A program made the position numbers and the translations under genes. Of a stretch of 64,000 nucleotides of DNA, positions 36,461-47,290 are shown piece after piece. Source of the DNA: Mobula hypostoma (taxonomy: Eukaryota); contig NC_086097.1 of assembly GCF_963921235.1 (NCBI RefSeq), forward strand, positions 112,904,001 to 112,968,000, given 5' to 3'. The number at the start of each line of letters is the position of its first letter. Position 1 is the stretch's first letter. The notes under the pieces were generated by a model. It was not told the DNA's origin. It ran no database searches and was given only the letters and a program-made list of their open reading frames with translations.

Positions 36461-39400
36461 CCTCTAGCCTCTGGCCTCCAACAAAGCCTCTAGCTTCAAG
36501 TCTCTAGCCTCTAGCCTGAAGACTCCAGACTCCTGCCTCCTGCCAAGCCTCGCCTCAAGTCTCTAGCCTCTAGCCTGAAGACCCCAGTCGCCTGCCTCCT
36601 GCCAAGCCTTGCCTCAGGTCTCTAGCCTCTAGCCTGAAGACTCCAGCCTCCTGCCTCCTGCCAAGCATCGCCTCAAGTCTTTAGCCTCTAGTGTGAAGAC
36701 TCCAGCCGTCTGCCTCCTGCTAATCCTCGCCTCAGGTCTCAGGCCTCTAGCCTGAAGACTCCAGCACCCAGTCTCCTACCAAGCTTCGCCTTAAGTCTCC
36801 AGCCTCCTGCCAAGCCTTGCCTCAACTCTCCAGCGTCCTGCCAAGCCTTTCTTCAAGTCTCTGGCCTCTAGCCTCCTGCCCAGCCTCACATCAAATCTCT
36901 AGCCTCCTGCCAAGCCTCACCTCAAGTCTCTAGCCTCTAGCCTCCTGCCAAGCCTCGCATCAAGTCTCTAGCCTCCAGCCTCCTGCAAAGCCTCACCTCG
37001 TCTCCAGCCTCCTGCCAAGCCTTGCCTCTAGTCTCTAGCCACTAGCCTCCTGCCAAGCCTCGCCTCAAGTCTCCAGCCACCTGCCAAGCCTCTAGCCTCC
37101 AGCCTCCTGCCAAGCCTTGCCTCAAGTCTCCAGCCTCCTGCCAAGCCTCGCCTCAAGTCTCTAGCCTCCAGCCTCCTGCCAAGCCTCACCTCATCTCCAG
37201 CCTCCTGCCAAGTCTCGCCTCAAGTCTCCAGCCACCTGCCAAGCCTCGTCTCTAGTCTTTATCCTCGAGCCTCCTGCCAAGCCTCACCTCAAGTCTCCAG
37301 CCTCCTGCCAAGTCTCGCCTCAAGTCTCCAGCCACCTGCCAAGCCTCGTCTCTAGTCTTTATCCTCGAGCCTCCTGCCAAGCCTCACCTCAAGTCTCCAG
37401 CCTCCTGCCAAGTCTCTAGCCTCCAGCCTCCTGCCAAGCATCGCCTCAAGTTTCTAGCCTCTAGCGTGAAGACTCCAGCAGCCTGCCTCCTGCTAATCCT
37501 CGCCTCAGGTCTCAGGCCTCTAGCCTGAAGACTCCAGCATCCAGCCTCCTGCCAAGCTTCGCCTTAAGTCTCCAGCCTCCTGCCAAGCCTTGCCTCAACT
37601 CTCCAGCGTCCTGCCAAGCCTTTCTTCAAGTCTCTGGCCTCTAGCCTCCTGCCAAGCCTCACATCAAATCTCTAGCCTCCTGCCAAGCCTCGCGTCGTCT
37701 CTAGACTCCTGCCCAGCCTCACATCAAATCTCTAGCCTCCTGCCAAGCCTCACCTCAAGTCTCTAGCCTCTAGCCTCCTGCCAAGCCTCACCTCATCTCC
37801 AGCCTCCTGCCAAGCCTTGCCTCTAGTCTCTAGCCACTAGCCTCCTGCCAAGCCTCGTTTCTAGCCTCCAGCCTCCTGTCAAGCCTCGCCTCAAGTCTCC
37901 AGCCTCGTGCCAAGCCTCGCCTCAAGTCTCTAGCCTCCAGCCTCCTGCCAAGCCACACCTTGTCTCCAGCCTCCTGCCAAGCCTCGCCTCAAGTCTCCAG
38001 CCACCTGCCAAGTCTCTAGCCTCCAGCCTCCTGCCAAGCCTCGCCTCAAGTCTCTAGCCTCTAGCGTGAAGAATCCAGCCACCTGCCTCCTGCTAATCCT
38101 CGCCTCAGGTCTCAGGCCTCTAGCCTGAAGACTCCAGCATCCAGCCTCCTGCCAAGCTTCACCTTAAGTCTCCAGCCTCCAGCCAAGCCTTGCCTCAACT
38201 CTCCAGCGTCCTGTCAAGCCTTTCTTCAAGTCTCTGGCCTCTAGCCTCCTGCCAAGCCTCGCATCAAATCTCTAGCCTCCTGCCAAGCCTCGCGTCATCT
38301 CTAGACTCCTGCCCAGCCTCACATCAAATCTCTAGCCTCCTGCCAAGCCTCACCTCAAGTCTCTAGCCTCTAGCCTCCTGCCAAGCCTCACATCGTCTCT
38401 AGCCTGCAGCCTCCTGCCAAGCCTCACCTCATCTCCAGCCTCCTGCCAAGCCTTGCCTCTAGTCTCTAGCCACTAGCCTCCTGCCAAGCCTCGTCTCTAG
38501 CCTCCAGCCTCCTGCCAAGCCTCGCCTCAAGTCTCCAGCCTCGTGCGAAGCCTCGCCTCAAGTCTCTAGCCTCCAGCCTCCTGCCAAGCTTCACCTCGTC
38601 TCCAGCCTCCTGCCAAGCCTTGCCTCTAGTCTCTAGCCTCCAGCCTCCTGCCAAGCCTCGCCTCAAGTCTCCAGCCTCCTGCCAAGCCTCGCCTCGTCTC
38701 TAGCCTCCAGCCTCCTGCCAAGCCTCACCTCGTCTCCAGCCTCCTGCCAAGCTTTGCCGCTAGTCTCTAGCCACTAGCCTCCTGCCAAGCCTCGCCTCAA
38801 GTCTCCAGCCACCTGCCAAGCCTCATCTCAAGTCTTTAGCTTCGAGCCTCCTGCCAAGCCTCACCTCAAGTCTCCAGCCTCCTGCCAAGTCTCTAGCCTC
38901 CAGCCTCCTGCCAAGCCTTGCCTCGTCTCCAGCCTCCTGCCAAGCCTCGCTTCATCTCCAGCCTCCTGCCAAGCCTCGCCTTAAGTCTCTAGCCTCCAGC
39001 CTCCTGCCAAGCCTCACCTCATCTCCAGCCTCCTGCCAAGCCTCGCCTCAAGTCTCCAGCCTCCTGCCAAGCCTTGCCTCTAGTCTCTAGCCACTAGCCT
39101 CCTGCCAAGCCTCGCCTCAAGTCTCCAGCCACCTGCCAAGCCTCATCTCAAGTCTTTAGCCTCGAGCCTCCTGCCAAGCCTCACCTCAAGTCTCCAGCCT
39201 CCAGCCAAATCTCTAGCCTCCAGCCTCCTGCCAAGCCTCGCCTCATCTCCAGCCTCCTGCCAAGCCTCGCCTTAAGTCTCTAGCCTCCAGCCTCCTGCCA
39301 AGCCTCACCTCGTCTCCAGCCTCCTGCCAAGCCTAGTCTCTAGTCTCTAGCCACTAGTCTCCTGCCAAGCCTTGCCTCAAGTCTCCAGCCACCTGCCAAG

Positions 39401-42400
39401 CCTCGTCTCAAGTCTTTAGCCTCGAGCCTCCTGCCAAGCCTCACCTCAAGTCTCCAGCCTCCTGCCAAGTCTCTAGCCTCCAGCCTCCTGCGAAGCCTCG
39501 CCGCAAGTCTCCAGCCTCCTGCCAGGCCTCGCCTCAAGTTTCCAGCCTCCTGCCAAGCCTCGCCTCGTCTCTAGCCTCCAGCCTCCTGCCAAGCCTCACC
39601 TCGTCTCCAGCCTCCTGCCAAGCCTTGCCTCTAGTCTCTAGCCACTAGCCTCCTGCCAAGTCTCGCCTCAAGTCTCCAGCCACCTGCCAAGCCTCATCTC
39701 AAGTCTTTAGCCTCAAGCCTCCTGCCAAGCCTCACTTCAAGTCTCCAGCCTCCTGCCAAGTCTCTAGCCTCCAGCCTCCTGCCAAGCCTCGCCTCAAGTC
39801 TCCAGCCTCCTGCCAAGCCTCGCCTCAAGTCTCCAGCCTCCTGCCAAGCCTCGCCTCAAGTCTCCAGCCTCCTGCCAAGCCTCGCCTCGTCTCTAGCCTC
39901 CAGCCTCCTGCCAAGCCTCACCTCGTCTCCAGCCTCCTGCCAAGCTTTGCCTCTAGTTTCTAGCCAATAGCCTCCTGCCAAGCCTTGCCTCAAGTCTCCA
40001 GCCACCTGCCAAGCCTCGTCTCAAGTCTTTAGCCTCGAGCCTCCTGCCAAGCCTCGCCTCAAGTCTCCAGCCTCCTGCCAAGCCTCGCCTGAAGTCTCCA
40101 GTCTCCTGCCAAGCCACGCCTCGTCTTTAGCCTCCAGCCTCCTGCCAAGCCTCACCTCGTCTCCAGCCTCCTGCCAAGCATGCCTCTAGTCTCTAGCCAC
40201 TAGCCTCCTGCCAAGCCTCGCCTCAAGTCTCCAGCCACCTGCCAAGCCGCGTCTCAAGTCTTTAGCCTCGAGCCTCCTGCCAAGCCTCACCTCAAGTCTC
40301 CAGCCTCCTGCCAAGTCTCTAGCCTCCAGCCTCCTGCCAAGCCTTGCCTCGTCTCCAGCCTCCTGCCAAGCCTCGCCTCATCTCTAGCCTCCAGCCTCCT
40401 GTCAAGTCTCGCCTCAAGTCTCCAGCCTCCTGCCAAGCCTCGCCTCAAGTCTCCAGCCTCCTGCCAAGCCTCGCCTCGTCTCTAGCCTCTAGCCGCCTGA
40501 CAAGCCTCGCCTCGTCTCCAGCCAGCTGCCAAGCCTCGCCTCAAGTCTCTAGCCTCCAGCCTCCTGCCAAGCCTCGCCTCAAGTCTTCAGCCTCCTGCCA
40601 AGCCTCGCCTCAAGTCTCCAGCCTCCTGCCAAGCCTCACCTCATCTCCAGCCTCCTGCCAAGCTTTGCCTCTAGTCTCTAGCCACTAGCCTCCTGCCAAG
40701 CCTTGCCTCAAGTCTCCAGCCACCTGCCAAGCCTTGTCTCAAGTCTTTAGCCTCGAGCCTCCTGCCAAGCCTCGCCTCAAGTCTCCAGCCTCCTGCCAAG
40801 CCTCGCCTGAAGTCTCCAGTCTCCTGCCAAGCCACGCCTCGTCTTTAGCCTCCAGCCTCCTGCCAAGCCTCACCTCGTCTCCAGCCTCCTGCCAAGCTTT
40901 GCCTCTAGTCTCTAGCCACTAGCCTCCTGCCAAGCCTCGCCTCAAGTCTCCAGCCACCTGCCAAGCCTCGTCTCAAGTCTTTAGCCTCAAGCCTCCTGCC
41001 AAGCCTCACCTCAAGTCTTCAGCCTCCTGCCAAGTCTCTAGCCTCCAGCCTCCTGCCAAGCCTTGCCTCGTCTCCAGCCTCCTGCCAAGCCTCGCCTCAT
41101 CTCTAGCCTCCAGCCTCCTGCCAAGCCTCGCCTCAAGTCTCCAGCCTCCTGCCAAGCCGCGCCTCGTCTCTAGCCTCTAGCCGCCTGCCAAGCCTCACCT
41201 CAAGTCTCCAGCCATCTGCCAAGCCTCGCCTCAAGTCTCTAGCCTCTAGCCTCCTACCAAGCCTCGCCTCAAGTCTCCAGCCTCCTGCCAAGCCTCGCCT
41301 CAAGTCTCCAGCCTCCTGCCAAGCCTCACCTTGTCTCCAGCCTCCTGCCAAGCTTTGCCTCTAGTCTCTAACCACTAGCCTCCTGCCAAGCCTAGCCTCG
41401 TCTCCAGCCACCTGCCAAGCCTCGTCTCAAGTCTTTAGCCTTGAGCCTCCTGCCAAGCCTCACCTCGTCTCCAGCCTCCTGCCAAGTCTCTAGCCTCCAG
41501 CCTCCTGCCAAGCCTTGCCTCGTCTCCAGCCTCCTGCCAAGCCTTGCCTGATCTCTAGCCTCCAGCCTCCTGCCAAGCCTCGCCTCAAGTCTCCAGCCTC
41601 CTGCCAAGCCTCGCCTCAAGTCTCCAGCCTTCTGCCAAGCCTCGCCTCGTCTCTAGCCTCTAGCCGCCTGCGAAGCCTCGCCTCAACTCTCCAGCCATCT
41701 GTCAAGCCTTGCCTCAAGTCTCTAGCCTCTAGCCTCCTGCCAAGCCTCGCATCAAGTCTCTAGCCTCCAGCCTCCTGCCAAGCCTTACCTCGTCTCCAGC
41801 CTCCTGCCAAGCCTCTCTTCAAGTCTCCAGCCTCCTGCCAAGCCTCGCCTTGTCTCTAGCCTCCTGCCAAGCCTTGCCTCTAGTCTCTAGCCACTAGCCT
41901 CCTGCCAAGTCTCGCTTCAAGTCTCCAGCCACCTGCCAAGCCTCGTCTCAAGTCTTTAGCCTCGAGCCTCCTGCCAAGCCTCACTTCAAGTCTCCAGCCT
42001 CTGCCAAGTTTCTAGCCTCCAGCCTCCTGCCAAGCCTCGCCTCAAGTCTCCAGCCTCCTGCCAAGCCTCGCCTCAAGTCTCCAGTCTCCTGCCAAGCCTC
42101 GCCTCGTCTCTAGCCTCCAGCCTCCTGCCAAGCCTCACCTCGTCTCCAGCCTCCTGCCAAGCTTTGCCTCTAGTCTCTAGCCACTAGCCTCCTGCCAAGC
42201 CTTGCCTCAAGTCTCCAGCCACCTGCCAAGCCTCGTCTCAAGTCTCCAACCTCCTGCCAAGTCTCTAGCCTCCAGCCTCCTGCCAACCCTTGCCTCGTCT
42301 CCAGCCTCCTGCCAAGCCTCGCCTCGTCTCTAGCCATCTGCCAAGCCTCGCCTCAAGTCTCTGGCCTCCAGCCTCCTACCAAGCCTCGCCTCAAGTTCCA

Positions 42401-42965
42401 GCCTCCTGCCAAGCCTCACCTCAAGTCTCCAGCTTCCTGCCAAGCCTCGCCTCAAGTCTCCAGCCTCCTGCCAAGCCTCGCCTCAAGTCTCTAGCCTCTA
42501 GTCTCCTGCCAAGCCTTGCCTCAAGTCTCCAGCCTCTAGCCTCCTGCCAAGCCTCGCCTCAAGTCTCCAGCCACCTGCCAAGCCTCGCCTCAAGTCTCCA
42601 GCCTTCTGCCAAGCCTCGCCTCAAGTCTCCAGCCTCCTGCCAAGCCTCGCTTCAAGTCTCCAGCCTCCTGCCAAGCCTTGCCTCGTCTCTAGCCTCTAGC
42701 CTCCTGCCAAGCCTCGCCTCAAGTCTCCAGCCTCCTGCCAAGCCTCACCTCAAGTATCTAGCCTCCAGCCTGCTGCCAAGCCTTGCTAGTCTCTAGCCTC
42801 TAGCCTCAAGCCTGAAGACTGCAGCCTCCTGCCTCCTGCCAAGCCTTGCTTCTAGCCTCTAGCCTCAAGCTTGATTACTCCAACCTCCTGCCTCCTGCCA
42901 AGCCTCACCTCTAGTCTCTAGCCTCAAGCTTGAAGACTCCAGCCTCATCCTGCCTGCCAGCCAAG
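36461..42965. repeat. ~6.5-kb minisatellite with 31-bp core unit and 29/38-bp variants
   Basis: Unit CCAGCCTCCTGCCAAGCCTCGCCTCAAGTCT, with optional CTAGCCT insertions and larger duplicated blocks. Confidence 0.97.
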
Positions 42966-43879
42966 TCTCATCCTTGCTTAGTTCTGGGGTCCGAGCCAGA
43001 GGCAAGACCCAGTTACTGGGTCCTTGTACAGTCTCTGGCTTGGAGTCCAAGCCAGGGCTCCTATCTCTCTAGTCCAGTCCTGTTCCGGGTTCCCGGTTTT
43101 TGTGTCCATATCCTTGCCCTCACCCTGTATCCTAGTCCAGGCCCTAGTACTTCAGTGTCTGTGTCTTGCACTTAGCTCCGTTCCTAGCCACCTCCGTATG
43201 ACACTTCCTCTATTCTTCATAACAAACTCCTCCTGCTCCTTCACTCTCTGTGGCCTTGATGGCATTTTGTCTATGGTGAGGCTGCATTAATAAAGACCAG
43301 CACAAATGCTTCTCTACAATATATGCTCAACGCCTAGTGGAAAGTGCCTAGTGCACAGAGTGGTCTTGCAAATAGGTGACTAATCTTCACATTCCCATGT
43401 CCATCCACCAAAGTCATGGACCCTGCCAGTGGCAGGCTTAGTGGTCCTGGTCGGTGGTGACAACACAACAGGCAGTGAGGGCCGACATGGTAGCACAGTG
43501 GGTACCACAACACTTTACAGTACCAGCAACCTGAGTTCATTTCCTACTACTGCCTGTAAAGAGTTGGTACACTCTCCCCGTGACTGTATGGGTTTTCTAT
43601 GGGTGTTCCGGTTTCCCCCCACAGGCCAAGGACAGACCAGTTGGTAGGTTAATTGGTCATTGTAAATTGTCCTGTGATAGGCTAGAATTAAATTAGCTGA
43701 TTGCTGGGTGGTGCGGCTCAGAAGGCCAGAAGGGCCTTTTCTATGCTGTGTGTCAATCAATCAATCATTCAATCAATCAAATTTCCCAGGGCCATGATCT
43801 GTTCACTTTAGTCTTAGTAGCAAATCATAAACACAAGAGATTCTGCAAATGCTAGAAATCCTGAGCAACATATACAATA

Positions 43880-44635
43880 TAGAAACATAGAAAATAGGTG
43901 CAGGAGTAGGCTATTTGGCCCTTCAAGCCTGCACCGCCATTCGGTATGATCATGGCTGATCATCCAACTCAGAACCCTGTACCTGCCTTCTCTCCATACC
44001 CCCTGATCCCTTAAGCCACAAGGGCCATATCTAACTCCCTCTTAAATATAGCCAATGAACGGGCCTCAGCTGTTTCCCGTGGCAGAGAATTCCACAGATT
44101 CACCACTCTCTGTGTGAAGAAGTTTTTCCTCATCTCGGTCCTAAAAGGCTTCCCTTTTATTCTTAAAGTGTGACCCCTCATTCTGGACTTCCCCAACATT
44201 GGGAACAATCTTCCTGCATCTAGCCTGTCCAATCCCTTTAGGATCTTATATGTTTCAATCAGATCCCCCCCTCAATCTTCTAAATTCCAACGAGTACAAG
44301 CCCAGTTCATCCAGTCTTTCTTCATATGAAAGTCCTGCTATCCCAGGAATCAATCTGGTGAACCTTCTTTGTACTCCCTCTAAGGCAAGGATGTCTTTCC
44401 TCAAATTAGGGGACCAAAACTGCACACAATACTCCAGGTGTGGTCTCACCAAGGCCTTGTACAACTGCAGTAGCACCTCCCTGCTCCTGTACTCGAATCC
44501 TCTTGCTATGAATGCCAGCATACCATTCGCCTTTTTCACCACCTGCTGTACCTGCATGCCCACTTTGAATGACTGGTGCATAATGACAGCCAGGTCTCGT
44601 TGTACCACCCCTTTTCCTAATCGGCCACCATTCAG
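43880..44635 (-). mobile_element. Young 5'-truncated CR1 inserted into a PLE terminal-repeat copy (43828-43878 and 44636-44750)
   Basis: LYKALVRPHLEYCVQFWSPNLRKDILALEGVQRRFTRLIPG; FFTQRVVNLWNSLP; (tttctatg) tail. The two flanks join into the PLE terminus. Confidence 0.88.
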
Positions 44636-44900
44636 AAAATATGCTGCAGGAACTCAGCAAGTCAGGCAGAGTCTATGTAGAGAAATAAAGAGTTGATATT
44701 TTGGGCCAAAACCCTTCATCAGGATTGAAAAGGAAGGGTGAAGAAGGCAGACTAGTAGCAAATGACTGATTGATCATAGGCATAAGAGTGTTAGGGAACA
44801 TTCTGGGGCTATGAAATGATGGATAGCATAACTATGGTTGAACTAAAATCAGACCAAGTCTTCAGGAAATAATACCCGTTCAAAGTTAACTTCCAACTGA

Positions 44901-45889
44901 GGCTACGTCCACACTATGCCGGATAATTTTGAAAACAAAGCTTTTTCTCTTCTTTTTGACCTTCCGTCCACACTGAAATGGCGTTTTCAGCCCCTGACAC
45001 AGAGATTTTCAGGAACGGTCTCCAGAGTGAATAAATCTGAAAACGCCGAATATTCGTTGCCGTGTGTGCGGGGTAACGGGAGCTTTTTAAAACCACTGTC
45101 ATGACGTGCCAGAACAGACTGCGGCAGCATGGCATTTCATTGTTTTCTTCTTATTATTCTTATTAATATTATTACTACTTTATTGACGCCAAAGAATTGA
45201 TACTAGAGCGTACAATCATCACAGTGATATTTGATTCTGCGCTTCGCAGAGCCTAACAATTTTAGAACAGACAGAAACAAGACTGAAGCCAGAAGAGTTA
45301 GAAATGTACTCACCAAATACTTTGACCCATAGCTTACTGAATAAATAAGTATACTCACTTTGTCCTGTTTTCTGTCCTTGCTTGTATCAAGGTGCTTTAC
45401 CTATTTATGCAAGTACTTCTCTGACAATAGATGTGTAACAGCCTAATGTAACATTGTATGGAAATACAAGATAATACTGATGCAAACATGTTTTATACAT
45501 TTAACAAGGTGCTTTATTAATGCAACGGAGTTAGTCAGTTTTTCAATGTTCATCGTCAGCCGGGTCATACTGTCCGTGAGCTCCCTGTCGGTTGCCTCCA
45601 TATACTCCAGTATTTGTTTTTTTTTTAGTTTTAAGACGTCCTGCGCGAGAGCCAAGAGCAATTCCTTTTAAGTTTTTCTACTCTGTAACTGGACAAACGC
45701 GCACCAGGTATACCATTTCCTCTTCGCTTGTTTTCTGTGTGTCCTGTGCATGCCCAGTAGGAGGAGATTCGCCCAAATATCCGTGTTAGTGTGGACAGAG
45801 ATATCTTGAAAAACACTTAGTGTGGACGCCTATCGTTTTTACTCGAAACCGGCGTTTTCAAAATTATCCGGCGTAGTGTGGACGTAGCC
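44901..45889. mobile_element. Non-autonomous PIF/Harbinger DNA transposon
   Basis: 36-bp TIRs GGCTACGTCCACACTAYGCCGGATAATTTTGAAAAC (1 mismatch); 3-bp TSD TGA at 44898-44900 and 45890-45892. Confidence 0.88.
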
Positions 45890-46649
45890 TGATATTCTGT
45901 GGCCAGTGAAACCAATCATCCTGTTTCTGTCCCATTGAAAGTACCGAGGGAAAGGCAATGAATGACTGTTCCTGCAATTAGCACATTGTTAAAGGTGTAA
46001 CCCTCCAGGACAGATCTACTTTGTCTCATATCCATCTGGTCAGTTGTATAATCATGGATCCATCCTTCAACACAATAACAGAAGGAAGATATTTTGGGTT
46101 TCTGGCTTTTGGAACAGACACCAGTATTGAATATTCAAAAGAGTGCTGATAGTTGGGATGTGATGCCATTGTAAATATGTGATATGTTGAAGAAGTATGT
46201 GTCAGAAGAGTGAGATTTGGTTAGATTCTCCTGGACTCTTCCTCCCCTGGCAGTTCGCTGTGTAAATAAAGACTTCGATATTTCCAGCTTCCATGTGGCT
46301 CAGTTTCAGTCAGATTCAGATTCATTTATTTACCACATACAGTCAAATGTGTCATTTGCATTAACAACTAACACAACCTAAGGATGGGCTGGGGGCAGCC
46401 GCTCGTGTCACCACGTATTCTGGCACCAAAGTGTATGCCCGCCACGTTCACCAACCAACACAAGCAACAACAAGAACAACAATGGGGCAACAACAAAACA
46501 ATGTCACATGGAAAATAACCCCTGTTCCTCCCTTATACCAACCCACCGCGCGCACATACAGACAGTCCTTCAACCCCGACACAGACCCTCTCCATCCTGC
46601 AGCAGACTCACAAACACTGGCCTTCAGCTTCTACAGTGGCTAATCACAT

Positions 46650-47290
46650 CCAAGTGCAAGTTCAAGTTTATTGTCATGTAACTGTATGTCATTATAACCA
46701 AACAAAATAACAATCCCCTGGACCATAGCTCACCCACAAAATATATATCACTCACAGTGCATCAAATAAAATATTAGCATAAATACAGTAAGTTAATACA
46801 ATATAATTCAAATGCAGGTAGTGCGTAGTACAGCTAATCAGTAAACAGTAAACAGCTCACTGTCCTAGTGACGAGACCTCAGTGGTGGCAGGGTATTCAC
46901 TAGTCTCATGGCCTGAGGGAAGAAGCTGTTACCTAATCTAACAGTCCTAGTCCTGATGCTCCTGTACCTCCTTCCTGACAGTATTGGGACAAAGAGATGG
47001 TGGTCGGGATCCTCAACAGTGCTTTGGGCCCTTCATCTGCAGTGTTCTCGGTAAATGCTGCTAATGGTGGGGGGCGGGGGCGGCGGCAGGGGATTGAAGA
47101 AGATGCCAGTGGTCCTCTCTCTCTCACTGGTTTTTACTGCATAGTGTCTTGCAACTTCCGTTTCACCTAATGATGCAGCCAGACAGGGTACCCTCAATGG
47201 TGCTCCTGTAGAAATTTGTTAGAATGGGGGCAGGAGCCTTGTCCACCTCAGTCTCTTTAGAAAGTGTACTTACTGCTGTGCCTTCTTACT
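46650..47290 (-). mobile_element. Rex1/Babar 3' fragment
   Basis: caagttcaagtttattgtc tail, and a gaagaagctgtt...ctcctgtacctccttcctga segment shared with other copies (also ~29843-30120, ~49146-49420, ~49797-50130, ~58330-58625, ~59259-59945). Confidence 0.6.

Larger units (their letters stand above)
35595..43203 (+). mobile_element. Solo LTR expanded to 7609 bp by internal tandem repeats
   Basis: Termini TGTCAT...ATGACA; 5-bp TSD CTTCC at 35590-35594 and 43204-43208; TATA-like cataaata at 35734; no gag/pol sequence. Confidence 0.8.

Noticed and set aside
36461..42965. CRISPR-like array, or coding ORFs (e.g. 42290-42796) in the repeat
   Set aside because: There are no unique spacers and no cas genes, and the context is a eukaryotic intron. 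The ORFs are translations of the repeat unit broken by frequent stops.
36461..42965. Immunoglobulin switch-like region (G-rich, AGGCT repeats)
   Set aside because: No Ig exons are nearby, AGCT palindromes are rare, and the array is enclosed by LTR termini.
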